64,000 nt of DNA, from the NCBI GenBank assembly GCA_038065475.1, contig JBBTQY010000003.1:14464-78463 (forward strand). Direction: 5' to 3'. Made by a program: the position numbers and the translations under genes. The notes beneath the pieces were generated by a model that was not told the DNA's origin, made no database searches, and was given only the letters and a program-made list of their open reading frames with translations. The stretch is from Patescibacteria group bacterium (lineage in GTDB: Bacteria; Patescibacteriota; Minisyncoccia; Ryanbacterales; GWA2-47-10b). The first letter of the stretch is position 1. Each line of letters begins with the position of its first letter. Shown one piece after another: positions 8,406-18,359 of this stretch.

Positions 8406-10980
8406 GGCACTTCTTAAATTTTTTACCCGACCCACAATAGCAGGGGTCGTTGCGGCCGAGATCTTTGGTGCGTGCATCTTTGACGATGCGGTTGGCAACC
8501 GCGCGCTGTTCGTTGGTCACCATGCGCGTCTCGTGCTGATGGATGTGCGCATCAGAGTTAACCTTAAATATGTTTTCGATAAAAATTGCCGCAAGATTTG
8601 CGTTAAAGGTTTTGAAAAGCTTATGCGCTTCATTTTTATATTCAACAAGCGGATCGCGCTGACCATAGGCACGAAGACCCACTGACGAACGTGTATACTC
8701 CATAACCTCCAGGTGATCGCGCCAGAACATATCAATAATCTGCAAAAAGAGTGCGCGCGCATTCTGCAAAAAAAGCTCGCGATTAGCACTCATACGAAGC
8801 TGATATTCGGCCTCAAGCGCCGAGATAAACCCTTCGGGCAAGTCGAGTGATTCGGGGACGATAAACTCTTCATCGCCCTTGTGAAGTAGTGCCATGAATA
8901 CCTTTTTGGCTTCCTCGGGTGTTTCGTTGGCTTCGTGAACACGGCGCGCAAACTCGGCGATAAGTTCACGCACTTTTGTATCCACCCCGTCGAGAGACGC
9001 GCGGAGCATTTCTCTACGCTGACGATAGACAGCCGTACGCTGCTTGGAAAGCACGTCGTCATATTCGAGCAAGTGCTTGCGTGAGTCAAAATGTAACCCT
9101 TCGATCTTGGTCTGCGCTTGCTCGATAGCGCGCGTTACCATGCCAGCCTCAACCGGCTCGTCTTCAGGGATGCCAAGCTTGCCCATCAACCCTTTAAGAC
9201 GTTCGGGCGCAAAGATGCGTAAAAGATCATCTTCAAATGAAAGAAAGAAACATGATTCGCCCGGATCACCCTGGCGCCCCGCGCGACCTCGCAGCTGATT
9301 ATCAATGCGGCGCGCTTCATGCCGTTCGGTACCAAGCACAAACAAACCACCAAGTGCGCGTACTTTTTCTGCATCAGCCAGCACCGGCGGTGTACCGCCC
9401 AAGATAATATCAACGCCACGACCCGCGATATTGGTTGCGAGTGTCACCGCGCCAAGTTTACCCGCCTGTGCAATAATCTCTGCCTCTCGCTCATGGTTTT
9501 TGGCATTGAGTGCATGATGCGGCACACCCTCGCGCGTCAAAATAGCTGAGAGTATTTCATTTTTCTCGATTGACGCAGTACCAAGCAATACCGGCTGGCC
9601 CGTCTCGTGGCGTTTTTTGATTTCTCGCGCAACCGCCAAAAACTTGCCGTGCTCAGTCTGATAAATACGATCCGGATGATCGCGGCGAACCATGGGCTGA
9701 TGTGTGGGAATAACCGTCACATCAAGGTTATACACTTTCAAAAATTCTTCACGCGAAGTTTCAGCGGTACCCGTCATACCTGAGAGTTTCTCGTACATAC
9801 GAAAATAATTTTGAAACGTAATAGTAGCGAGCGTGCGTGATTCTTTTTGAATCTCAACATTTTCTTTTGCCTCAACTGCCTGATGCAAACCTTCTGACCA
9901 GCGCCGACCCGGCATCATGCGCCCCGTAAATTCGTCGACAATGATAATCTCATTGTTTTTGACCACATAATGGCGATCTTTGATAAAAAGGGCTTGCGCG
10001 CGAAGTGACTGCTCGAGGTGGCGCACGTACCGCACACCCTTTTCTGAATACATATCAGAAATACCCAATATCTTTTCTACTTTGGAAATACCCTCGTCGT
10101 TAACCAATACCGCGCGATGCTTTTCATCAACTGTGTAGTCGACATCACGCGTCAGTTTTGGTGCAATGCCGGAGAAAACGCGATATAAACTCTCTGCTTC
10201 TTCGTCAGGCGCAGAGATAATGAGTGGCGTACGTGCCTCATCAATCAAAATCGAATCTACTTCATCTACCACCGCAAAATAATGCTCGCGCTGGCGCATA
10301 CCATCGAATGACGGCGCAAGATTGTCGCGCAACCAATCAAAACCATATTCGTTGTTCGTGCCATAGGTGATGTCAGCCTCATATGCCTCGCGGCGAGTCG
10401 TCGGGCGTAAAAAGTCATCGACTACTTTGAAACTACCAAGGTCATCGCGCTTTTTATCTTCCGCCGAACCCTGGGCATACGCGGGGTCATATATAAAAGA
10501 AGTATCGTGATTGATACAACCTACTGAAAGTCCAAGAAAATGATAAATCTCTCCCATCCACACCGCATCACGACGAGCAAGATAATCATTTACCGTAACT
10601 ACATGCACGCCCTTACCTAAAAGCGCGTTGAGCGCCGTGGGAAGCGTTGCTACCAAGGTCTTACCTTCACCCGTACGCATCTCAGCAATGGTGCCGCGGT
10701 GAAGTGCAATGCCGCCCAAAAGCTGTACATCAAAATGTCGCTTGCCCGAAGTTCTGCGTGATGCCTCGCGCACCATAGCAAACACGCGCGGCAAAATTTC
10801 ATCTAAATATTCGCGAGAGAGATCTGGGTGAGCGCGCATCTCGGCAATCTCAGCCCTGATGTCTTCATCGGATTTTGCCTTGTACTCGGCTTCCAGCGCA
10901 TTAATCTCTTCAACAATAGGCAAAAAAGCGCGCGCCGCGCGCTCTTTCGAACCACTAAAAAGAGAAGAGAAAACACCCAT
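8395..10980 (-). CDS. secA: Preprotein translocase ATPase SecA
   Basis: MRTGEGKT, VVTVNDYLA, DEVDSILIDEARTPLIIS, GRAGRQGDPG and a C-terminal SEC-C motif GRNDPCYCGSGKKFKKCHG. Confidence 0.99.
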   Translation of the reverse strand: MGVFSSLFSGSKERAARAFLPIVEEINALEAEYKAKSDEDIRAEIAEMRAHPDLSREYLDEILPRVFAMVREASRRTSGKRHFDVQLLGGIALHRGTIAEMRTGEGKTLVATLPTALNALLGKGVHVVTVNDYLARRDAVWMGEIYHFLGLSVGCINHDTSFIYDPAYAQGSAEDKKRDDLGSFKVVDDFLRPTTRREAYEADITYGTNNEYGFDWLRDNLAPSFDGMRQREHYFAVVDEVDSILIDEARTPLIISAPDEEAESLYRVFSGIAPKLTRDVDYTVDEKHRAVLVNDEGISKVEKILGISDMYSEKGVRYVRHLEQSLRAQALFIKDRHYVVKNNEIIIVDEFTGRMMPGRRWSEGLHQAVEAKENVEIQKESRTLATITFQNYFRMYEKLSGMTGTAETSREEFLKVYNLDVTVIPTHQPMVRRDHPDRIYQTEHGKFLAVAREIKKRHETGQPVLLGTASIEKNEILSAILTREGVPHHALNAKNHEREAEIIAQAGKLGAVTLATNIAGRGVDIILGGTPPVLADAEKVRALGGLFVLGTERHEARRIDNQLRGRAGRQGDPGESCFFLSFEDDLLRIFAPERLKGLMGKLGIPEDEPVEAGMVTRAIEQAQTKIEGLHFDSRKHLLEYDDVLSKQRTAVYRQRREMLRASLDGVDTKVRELIAEFARRVHEANETPEEAKKVFMALLHKGDEEFIVPESLDLPEGFISALEAEYQLRMSANRELFLQNARALFLQIIDMFWRDHLEVMEYTRSSVGLRAYGQRDPLVEYKNEAHKLFKTFNANLAAIFIENIFKVNSDAHIHQHETRMVTNEQRAVANRIVKDARTKDLGRNDPCYCGSGKKFKKCHGQ

Positions 10981-11024
10981 AAGGTACCCTAGTGTACATC
11001 ACAAAACCCGCTTTTTCAAAGAGT

Positions 11025-11384
11025 CTAAAGTTTTTTAAGAGCTCCCTTGATCTTGCGTGCGGTGCGGATATCTTTGGTTTTTTTCTTGCCTTTAAATGAT
11101 TTTATCTCGCGCAAAAGTTCATTTTCTACGGCATCAATGACCGCATGCGGATCTTCACCCTCCTCCTCTGCGCGAATAAGGTGTTTATCTATCTTAAGAT
11201 TTGCCTCCGCCCACCACACATTGCCTTTGCGATGATGCTTTGATGTACGCGAAAGCTCTATCTCGAGTAAAGCATCAACACTACTGCCTACGAGGCGAGT
11301 TGCGGGCCCGACAATCTTTGCCTCAATATACGCGCGAATCGCGGGAGTAAGCTCTGTCTGTTTACCTTTGATGATTGTTCTCAT
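11025..11384 (-). CDS. hpf: Ribosome hibernation factor (HPF/RaiA family)
   Basis: IKGKQTELTPAIRAYIE.K...AE.NL......IRAE....D..A.ID; typical position upstream of secA. Confidence 0.85.
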   Translation of the reverse strand: MRTIIKGKQTELTPAIRAYIEAKIVGPATRLVGSSVDALLEIELSRTSKHHRKGNVWWAEANLKIDKHLIRAEEEGEDPHAVIDAVENELLREIKSFKGKKKTKDIRTARKIKGALKKL

Positions 11385-11408
11385 ATGTATAGTATAACGC
11401 TCTCGAGA

Positions 11409-12350
11409 TTAAAAACCGATATATTGAATTTCTTCCTCTAGGTGTAGGTCGAATTTGCGGTGAATATATTCTTTGACGAGGCCTACAAGCATCACCACCT
11501 CCTCTGCTCGCGCATTACCTCGGTTGATCATGTAGTTGCCGTGTTTTTTAGAAATGGACACGCCACCAATTGCACGCCCCTTCAAACCCAAATGATCAAT
11601 AAGAAAACCTGCGGGAATTGTTGGGTGTTGATTGAACTCAGCGAGATGTGGCAAAAGATACAGAAGATGCTTGCGTTGAGCCTCGCCCGTGGGCCATGCG
11701 ACATTTTTAAACATGCAACCCGCCGATGACTCGCCGATATCTTGGCTCTTGGATCGGCCAGCCGTGTAGTGGCGCACCATACGCTGACTGACCTCAGGAT
11801 CGCCTGGGCGCAACGCAAAGGTTGCTGAGAGTACAATAAGATTCGGATGTTTTTTAAACGTGCTTTCGCGATAGGTAAAGTGACAGAAATCATTGTCGTG
11901 CTCAGAAATCTTACCGGTATCGGCATTGAGTACGCGCACCGTATTGAGTACGTCTTTGACCTCGCCACCAAAACAGCCCGCATTACCACGCACCGATCCA
12001 CCTACCGTACCTGGAATACCGATTGCCCATTCAAGGCCTGAGAGGCCGTCTGCTACTGCGCGGGCAACGAGCACCGCGTTGGGAACGCCAGCGCCAGCGG
12101 TCAGCTCATTTTCATTGCGCTCGATGCTGCGCATCTGCATACGGATCACGAGGCCCGGAAAACCGCTATCCGCAACTACGACGTTTGACGCGGCACCCAA
12201 AATGACAAAAGGAACCTTTTGTTTTTTAGCGAATGCAATTGCTTCTTTGATGTCCTCTTCGTTTTTGGCATCAACAAGAAAACGAGCCGGCCCTCCGACT
12301 TTAAAATACGTATATGGTTTCAAGCTTACGCCCTCTTGGATAATTGCCAT
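11409..12350 (-). CDS. murB: UDP-N-acetylenolpyruvoylglucosamine reductase
   Basis: YTYFKVGGPA, GLEWAIGIPGTVGG..RGNAG, FTYRES, SAGCMFKN, KHGNYMIN. Probable start MAIIQ; an in-frame ATG at 12404 is an alternative. Confidence 0.95.
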   Translation of the reverse strand: MAIIQEGVSLKPYTYFKVGGPARFLVDAKNEEDIKEAIAFAKKQKVPFVILGAASNVVVADSGFPGLVIRMQMRSIERNENELTAGAGVPNAVLVARAVADGLSGLEWAIGIPGTVGGSVRGNAGCFGGEVKDVLNTVRVLNADTGKISEHDNDFCHFTYRESTFKKHPNLIVLSATFALRPGDPEVSQRMVRHYTAGRSKSQDIGESSAGCMFKNVAWPTGEAQRKHLLYLLPHLAEFNQHPTIPAGFLIDHLGLKGRAIGGVSISKKHGNYMINRGNARAEEVVMLVGLVKEYIHRKFDLHLEEEIQYIGF

Positions 12351-12458
12351 AGAAAACCGGGCCTTCCCGCCACGCAGGGCTATTGAGGGTTTTACTCCAT
12401 ACATATGTCCTTATGTGAGTGCCAGCTCAACAGCCCTGCCTAGCGACAAAGTCGCCGC
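12351..12458 (-). ncRNA. Candidate structured 5' leader or ncRNA upstream of murB
   Basis: 14-bp stem GCAGGGCTGTTGAG/CTCAATAGCCCTGC (12439-12426 with 12387-12374, one G-U pair), an inner stem, flanking hairpins, and a TATACT -10 at 12470-12465. Confidence 0.5.
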
Positions 12459-12504
12459 ATCCTCAGTATAATCTATTACGATTATTATGCGAAGAAATAT
12501 ACAC

Positions 12505-12585
12505 AAAAATACAAAACCCCCGCAAGCGGGGGTTTTGTACGGACATATGCTAGAGCTCCGGCAAGCCGGAAACACAACACATTGT
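12505..12585 (-). ncRNA. Candidate ~80-nt small RNA
   Basis: Promoter TTGACA-17-TATACT (12620-12592), hairpin TCCGG-CTTG-CCGGA, then terminator ACAAAACCCCCG-CTTG-CGGGGGTTTTGT. Confidence 0.55.
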
Positions 12586-12591
12586 ACTATG

Positions 12592-12620
12592 AGTATAAGG
12601 CACGAAGCATTTTTTGTCAA
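12592..12620 (-). promoter_or_regulatory. sigma70-type promoter
   Basis: TTGACA-N17-TATACT. Confidence 0.75.
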
Positions 12621-12695
12621 GTACCTGTCGGCTCAACGCTGTGCGTTAGTAAAGACAAGGCCCTAAATACCCGCTATGATGATAAAAATAGCTAT

Positions 12696-14036
12696 ATGAC
12701 TCTAGGCACCTATCGTACTATCTTGCTTGCAATTGGCGATGTCGCTGTTTTTTGGGCGTCACTCGTTATCACTCTCTTTTTGCGCTATGGTGCAGATCGA
12801 TTTAACGGCAATTTTGCGATCCACATCCTGCCATTCGGCGTCGTATTTGCAGTATGGATTTTAGTTTTCTATATTATCGGGCTCTACGAGGTTCGTATTA
12901 TCGGCAAACCAGAACAACTTTTTAAATATCTAACCTATGCCACGCTTTCGGGCGGCATTATCGCCATTGCTCTTTTCTATTTTGTACCGGCTTTTACGAT
13001 TACACCGCGCATCAATCTAATCCTTGATATTATAATCACATTTGCCCTTATGCTTGGTTGGCGATCACTCTTTGCCTTTGCGGGACGATCGACTGATAAA
13101 ATACGCGTACTCCTCGTTGGTTCTTCACCCGATATCGATGAGCTCGCACGCACCATCGAAGACTATCCTCACCTCGGCTACATCATCAAAGCGCGTTGCC
13201 CTGAAGTTACTCCTCATATCCTAAATCTCGTAAGCGAACATCAAGTCGATATTGTCGTTGCATCAAAAGAGAACCAAACAAACGACACCCTCTTGCAGGC
13301 TCTCTATGAAGCGATTCACCGCGGTATACGATTTGTCGATGTCTCCGTCTTTTATGAAATGATTTTGGGACGCATCCCCGTATCCCTCATCTCTAAAGTT
13401 TGGTTTTTGGAAAATATCGCTGAAGCCGAAAAACTTTTTTTTGAAATCAGCAAGCGCGCAGTCGATATCCTTTTTGCCCTTATTCTTGTGATCCCTACAA
13501 CTATCCTCATGCCGTTTGTAGCGGTTGCTATCCGCCTAAATTCACAAGGCCCAATATTTATCCGCCAAAAGCGTATAGGACGTATGGGCAAATCATTTAC
13601 CCTACTCAAGTACCGCACCATGTTAGCGCTCAGTCCTGACGGATCTGCAGAAACTCGGGGAGCCGAATGGTCTCAAGAGGGTGACAAGCGCATTACTGGT
13701 ATCGGTAAGATTCTTCGCTCAACACGTATCGATGAACTTCCACAGGTTTGGAACATTCTACGCGGAGACCTTTCGTTTATCGGTCCGCGACCTGAACGCC
13801 CTGAGTTTGTCGAGAACCTCCGCAAAGATATCCCCTATTATGATATGCGACACCTCGTGCGCCCGGGTCTCTCTGGCTGGGCACAAATCAACCCGCCTTA
13901 CTACTATGCCTCACACGACGATACGATCCTCAAGCTTCAATACGATTTGTACTACATAAAAAATCGAGACCTGGGCCTCGATCTCTCCATCGCTCTCAAA
14001 ACATTGATGGTTATGCTCTCACGCCAGGGACGCTAA
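12696..14036 (+). CDS. Polyprenyl-phosphate sugar phosphotransferase (WcaJ/WbaP-like priming enzyme)
   Basis: KRAVDI, GPIFIRQKRIG..GK.F...KYRTM, DKRIT.IG..LR.TRIDELPQ.WNIL.GDLS.IGPRPE, RPGLSGWAQIN. Confidence 0.95.
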   Translation: MTLGTYRTILLAIGDVAVFWASLVITLFLRYGADRFNGNFAIHILPFGVVFAVWILVFYIIGLYEVRIIGKPEQLFKYLTYATLSGGIIAIALFYFVPAFTITPRINLILDIIITFALMLGWRSLFAFAGRSTDKIRVLLVGSSPDIDELARTIEDYPHLGYIIKARCPEVTPHILNLVSEHQVDIVVASKENQTNDTLLQALYEAIHRGIRFVDVSVFYEMILGRIPVSLISKVWFLENIAEAEKLFFEISKRAVDILFALILVIPTTILMPFVAVAIRLNSQGPIFIRQKRIGRMGKSFTLLKYRTMLALSPDGSAETRGAEWSQEGDKRITGIGKILRSTRIDELPQVWNILRGDLSFIGPRPERPEFVENLRKDIPYYDMRHLVRPGLSGWAQINPPYYYASHDDTILKLQYDLYYIKNRDLGLDLSIALKTLMVMLSRQGR

Positions 14037-16273
14037 CGATCTGGACTTGAAGAGGCGTCATTTAGTAAAGTGCCCAACTCCCCTTGCAACAATGGATTTA
14101 AGTCAAGCGTTTTTTCAGCGTAGAGGCGGGCACTTACCTTGTCGCCTGCCTCTGCAGACGTAAGTGCAATTACGCGATATAGCTCGGGCGACGGTGATGC
14201 CCACCGTGCAAACTCTTTCAAAAAGTGAAGACGCGCGGAAACATTTTTCACATATCGAGACAGTTGGGCAACGCGAGTAATTTCATCTCTACCAAAATTT
14301 GTCATATTGGGGAGTTTAGTATCTTTACGCATGTGCTCATCGAGCATACGTAGAGCCTCGTCCGGTTTATCAGCCAGTAAATACACCGCGAGGGCAACAT
14401 GCATCATCTCTTCCGATTGCGGAGCAAGCGCAAACGCACCACGAATAAGCTCTGCAGCGTCATCGGGGCGATTGCCCATTAAATAAAGTTCTGCAAAGGC
14501 AACATGGTTTTGTATGTACTGAGGAGCAATCGAAAGTGCCTTGCGATAAGCATCCTCTGCTGCACGAAAATCGGCTTCATTGTGTTTTAGGTTAAAGCGT
14601 ACAGCATAAAGACGCCCCAAAAAAAGCTGCCGTTTGGCGCTCTCGGGATAATGCCGCGTCTCATATTCAAACCCACGGATTGCATCATCGAGTAATGCCG
14701 CGGCAAGAACATGACTCTCACGCTCTAACACAACATTCATTACTTCGTTACCAAAGCGCTCGTGAAGCTCGAGTGTGCCGAACGTATCCAGATCCTCAGT
14801 ATAGGCAAGAGTTTTCCGTATCTCACCTAGTGGCGCACCACTACTGAACTCTTGCAGGGCCTGAAGAATACCACGCGCTGCTTGCATCGCAGGTATATTC
14901 ACAAAATATATGATGCTCATGACACTAATACCAACGCAAATCATGAGTATACCGTGCATAGTACTAATAGATTTTGAACGAATGCGCTTTGATTGTTGTA
15001 CGCTCAATAAACTTTGCGTGAGTGAATATAATGCCGCAAACCAAAACAATAATGCGAGATAGGTGCCAATCGTATCAAATACAAATGCGTTTTGTATAAG
15101 ATACGCGACTCCGGTACTAGCGAGGAATAGCGCAAGACGCCAATCAATCTTTTTTTGCTGTATGCCACGCCAAAGCGCAAAAAAAGCAGCGCCAAAAACA
15201 GCAAGATATGAAAAAAATCCTATACTGCCGGTGGCTACTAACCACTCGAGAAACATATTGTGCACACGATCAAACCATGGTTCGTTGCCGTGAAGTTCTG
15301 GATTGTAAAGCCGCGAATAGGGTTCGATAAAATTACCAGGACCCCAGCCTAACAATGGCCGCTCGAGAAACGCGCGCCATCCTATCCCCCAAATAAGTAT
15401 GCGAGGATCATTTTTTAGTGAGCTCGACGAGACGGTAACAAGACGCTCAAGTACCTCGACATGACGTGTCAGTATATTGTTTGGCTGATAAAAAACAAAC
15501 ACTGCCAGCAACACCAACGCGACAAACCCTCCTATAATACTTAACCGCACCCTACGAGAAGATGTTTTCAGTAAAAACCCGACAAGTACGACAAAAACAC
15601 CCGCCACAAAACCAATGAATGCTCCTCTGCTTGCTGCAATAAAAAATATATAGCCTTCGGCCACCAACACGGCGGTATATGCTACGCGAGCCCACACTTC
15701 TCGTGAATAGATAAGAAAGAAGAGTGTAATAAAAAAATGAAAAAGAAGATATTCGGCAAGATAAATTGAATTGCCAAACCATGCGTATGGACGGTATTCG
15801 CCTACAATGGCAACAAGACCGCGAGCCTGTAGCAACGCATAGAACGTCACAACAAGGCTAACAGCTAAAGATCCGTGGAAGAGATAGGCCCAATCACGAG
15901 GCGTACGCAATATATTTGATAACACAACAAATAAAGCTCCGAGATGCAGGTAGGTTACTAGTCCCTCCATGCGCTCGAAATTCGACCAAAAACTCATCGC
16001 GGGATCGGAGCCAAAAATCGTAGCTAAAGTTACGATGATGAGAAACCCGCCAAGAGCAAGGGTTAACGGACTACGCCGAAGCCGATATGCAGGATTAATG
16101 ACTGCAAGTATAAACCATACTCCCGTTATCAATTCGACAATAATGCGAAAAAAGAAATTCTTCCCGGTGATAAACGGGAAAAGCATACTTTGACTTACAA
16201 TCAAAGGGACACATAATAATACGCCTATCCCTATGCGCGCCGCCCATATAAGCGATCGCTCAAGAGTAATCAT
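14033..16273 (-). CDS. O-antigen ligase/oligosaccharyltransferase-like membrane protein with C-terminal TPRs
   Basis: Many TM helices, ASRGA, R..IW......F.ERPLLGWG.GNF, DRVHN..LE.LV.TG (Wzy_C), TPR-like tail. Confidence 0.85.
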   Translation of the reverse strand: MITLERSLIWAARIGIGVLLCVPLIVSQSMLFPFITGKNFFFRIIVELITGVWFILAVINPAYRLRRSPLTLALGGFLIIVTLATIFGSDPAMSFWSNFERMEGLVTYLHLGALFVVLSNILRTPRDWAYLFHGSLAVSLVVTFYALLQARGLVAIVGEYRPYAWFGNSIYLAEYLLFHFFITLFFLIYSREVWARVAYTAVLVAEGYIFFIAASRGAFIGFVAGVFVVLVGFLLKTSSRRVRLSIIGGFVALVLLAVFVFYQPNNILTRHVEVLERLVTVSSSSLKNDPRILIWGIGWRAFLERPLLGWGPGNFIEPYSRLYNPELHGNEPWFDRVHNMFLEWLVATGSIGFFSYLAVFGAAFFALWRGIQQKKIDWRLALFLASTGVAYLIQNAFVFDTIGTYLALLFWFAALYSLTQSLLSVQQSKRIRSKSISTMHGILMICVGISVMSIIYFVNIPAMQAARGILQALQEFSSGAPLGEIRKTLAYTEDLDTFGTLELHERFGNEVMNVVLERESHVLAAALLDDAIRGFEYETRHYPESAKRQLFLGRLYAVRFNLKHNEADFRAAEDAYRKALSIAPQYIQNHVAFAELYLMGNRPDDAAELIRGAFALAPQSEEMMHVALAVYLLADKPDEALRMLDEHMRKDTKLPNMTNFGRDEITRVAQLSRYVKNVSARLHFLKEFARWASPSPELYRVIALTSAEAGDKVSARLYAEKTLDLNPLLQGELGTLLNDASSSPDR

Positions 16274-16360
16274 GTTACGTAGTATGCCATACCTTTCATC
16301 CTTGAGCGATATCGTGCCCATTGTCTGCACGAGTACCATACAGTATATTGCATAGTATCG

Positions 16361-17788
16361 ATGCCTGATTCACTTATAACAAAACATAGATCCGCTCTTC
16401 TCCTCATTCTGTATCTTGTTGTGCTCTTCAATATTTTTTGGAGTCCCACGGGGTCATTTGTAGGTACACCAAAATATTGGTGGGACGAAAGTTTTGCTAT
16501 TGAGACGGCGCGTACGATACTTGAAATCGGGCGTATCGACGTAACGGTAGCCCCCAACACTCCATCCAATATCGCCGTTGCCCTCAACGCAAACGGCTTC
16601 CCTCTGACACTGCCACTTGCGGGCATTTTCTCGATCTTCGGCATCAGTCTTTTGGTCGCGCGTGTGTATATGATCTTTTGGATTATCGGGGTGCTCGTGA
16701 TGTTGTTTTATACAATAAAAAATTTTTTTGACTGGGAGAGCGCTTGGTGGGGTACACTCCTTGTGGCGACATTTGCTCCATTTTACGCAAACGGAAAAAC
16801 GGTGACCGGCGATATGCCTGGAATATTTTTTTTCCTACTCGGCATTCTTCTCGTAGGCATTCAGAAGAAATATACCTTGGGAGGCGTAGCGTTTGGGCTC
16901 GCGTTTGCCGCAAAAACTTCCCTTTTCCATATGGTATTCCCTGCTATCGCGATTGCCCTTGTGATAACCGAAAGATACGGCGCGTGGAAACCGCTCATCC
17001 GAGTCACTCTCGGATCCAGCGTCGTTGTCGCGGCATGGCTCTTACTTCTCCTGCCTCACCCCTACTCTCTTGCCAATCTTTCTCCTGCTATAGAATTTTA
17101 TAAGCATCCCATCAGCAAAGCCTCTGTCCTACAAGCACTACCGGAGAGTCTTAGTATATTTTTTTCAACCACTATTTTGTATGTCATTCTTTTGACAGTA
17201 ATCACTATAGCTGCATTTTTGCGAAAGCCAGCATTATCAAAAGAAACTCGTATATTTCTGGCGTTTATCGCCTCATATATCCTCTTACAATCAATCGTCT
17301 TTGTACGAAGTCCGGGATGGTACCGGTATCTCCTCGGCGTTGAGATGGTGTTGCTCACCCTTCTCTTCCCCGCACTCATGCGCCTTCGCTCGCGCACCGA
17401 GGTATCAAAAAAAACAATCGCATTGGGACTTACAGTGCTCGTAGCATTTCAATCGGGTCACTATCTTTTCTTTTCAAACATCTTCTCGCGACAAAACCCT
17501 ACACAAGTTTCCAACATCCTCAACGAACTCCTCGTGAAAGAACCTGGAAGCACAATAGGATTTATCGACGCACCAACCGAAGCGGCACTCATCCCCGGTA
17601 ACCGTAAATATCATTATCTCCGTGTAGGAGGCGGCACCTATGCAGGAGTTCACCCGCTCACACTACCCCCAGCACTTCAACCAACCTATATATATACAAC
17701 CAACGCAAAAGCTGCGGCCTCACTCACAGAGTCCTATGAACGTATCACGGCAACCGACGGCGTCACGCTCTATCGAAAAAAACAATAA
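16361..17788 (+). CDS. GT-C fold glycosyltransferase (ArnT/PMT_2-like)
   Basis: WWDE luminal-loop motif and about 11 TM helices. Confidence 0.75.
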   Translation: MPDSLITKHRSALLLILYLVVLFNIFWSPTGSFVGTPKYWWDESFAIETARTILEIGRIDVTVAPNTPSNIAVALNANGFPLTLPLAGIFSIFGISLLVARVYMIFWIIGVLVMLFYTIKNFFDWESAWWGTLLVATFAPFYANGKTVTGDMPGIFFFLLGILLVGIQKKYTLGGVAFGLAFAAKTSLFHMVFPAIAIALVITERYGAWKPLIRVTLGSSVVVAAWLLLLLPHPYSLANLSPAIEFYKHPISKASVLQALPESLSIFFSTTILYVILLTVITIAAFLRKPALSKETRIFLAFIASYILLQSIVFVRSPGWYRYLLGVEMVLLTLLFPALMRLRSRTEVSKKTIALGLTVLVAFQSGHYLFFSNIFSRQNPTQVSNILNELLVKEPGSTIGFIDAPTEAALIPGNRKYHYLRVGGGTYAGVHPLTLPPALQPTYIYTTNAKAAASLTESYERITATDGVTLYRKKQ

Positions 17789-17789
17789 A

Positions 17790-18359
17790 CTATAGATCCT
17801 TCCGAGCCTCTCCAAATAAATTGAGGCCAAATTGCCAATAGGTCAGCGTCTGGGATGCGGGAGAAAAACCCGCTTTTGTCAGTGCTGCCGAGAGCTCTTT
17901 TTTTGAATAATATCGCTTGTGATCCAAAATCTCATCTTTATTGATAACACCCCACGAGGCAAGCATCTCAAGAAGTGGTTTGTTGCGCCATGTAGGTACT
18001 GTGATCACGACGCGTCCACCTGGTTTTAAAACACGATATACCTCGGAGAGCATCCCTGCCTCATCGCTAAAATGCTCGAGGGCAGCAAGAATGGTAACAA
18101 GATCAACGGTCGCATCCGGCAACGGAACCTTATCATCAAGCTCAAGCGCTTTGAGGGTATAGGCACCCCCCTCTTCTGCGGTAATATATTTATCAAACCC
18201 ATAACCGTGCTTTATTTTCCTTGAAAAATGTTTTAACAAAAACGCCTCTCTCCCGCAGCCGAGATCACAAAGAACACTCCCTTCGCGCACAAAACGTTCG
18301 ATTTTGCGGATACGAAACCTGCGCAACATCTTATCAAACGAGGTCCACTTACTTTCCAT
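17790..18359 (-). CDS. Class I SAM-dependent methyltransferase
   Basis: CDLGCG, LAALEH, EVYRVLKPGG. Confidence 0.9.
   Translation of the reverse strand: MESKWTSFDKMLRRFRIRKIERFVREGSVLCDLGCGREAFLLKHFSRKIKHGYGFDKYITAEEGGAYTLKALELDDKVPLPDATVDLVTILAALEHFSDEAGMLSEVYRVLKPGGRVVITVPTWRNKPLLEMLASWGVINKDEILDHKRYYSKKELSAALTKAGFSPASQTLTYWQFGLNLFGEARKDL

Noticed and set aside
8406-8498. Nudix N-terminal extension overlapping secA
   Set aside because: It lies within the secA SEC-C coding region; the ATG at 8405 gives a normal-length MTH1-like protein.
12351-12585. Possible 6S RNA, SRP RNA or tRNA
   Set aside because: No SRP GGAA-loop motif, no cloverleaf or TTCG/CCA pattern, and too short with no large central bubble for a typical 6S. 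Kept only as unclassified RNA candidates.
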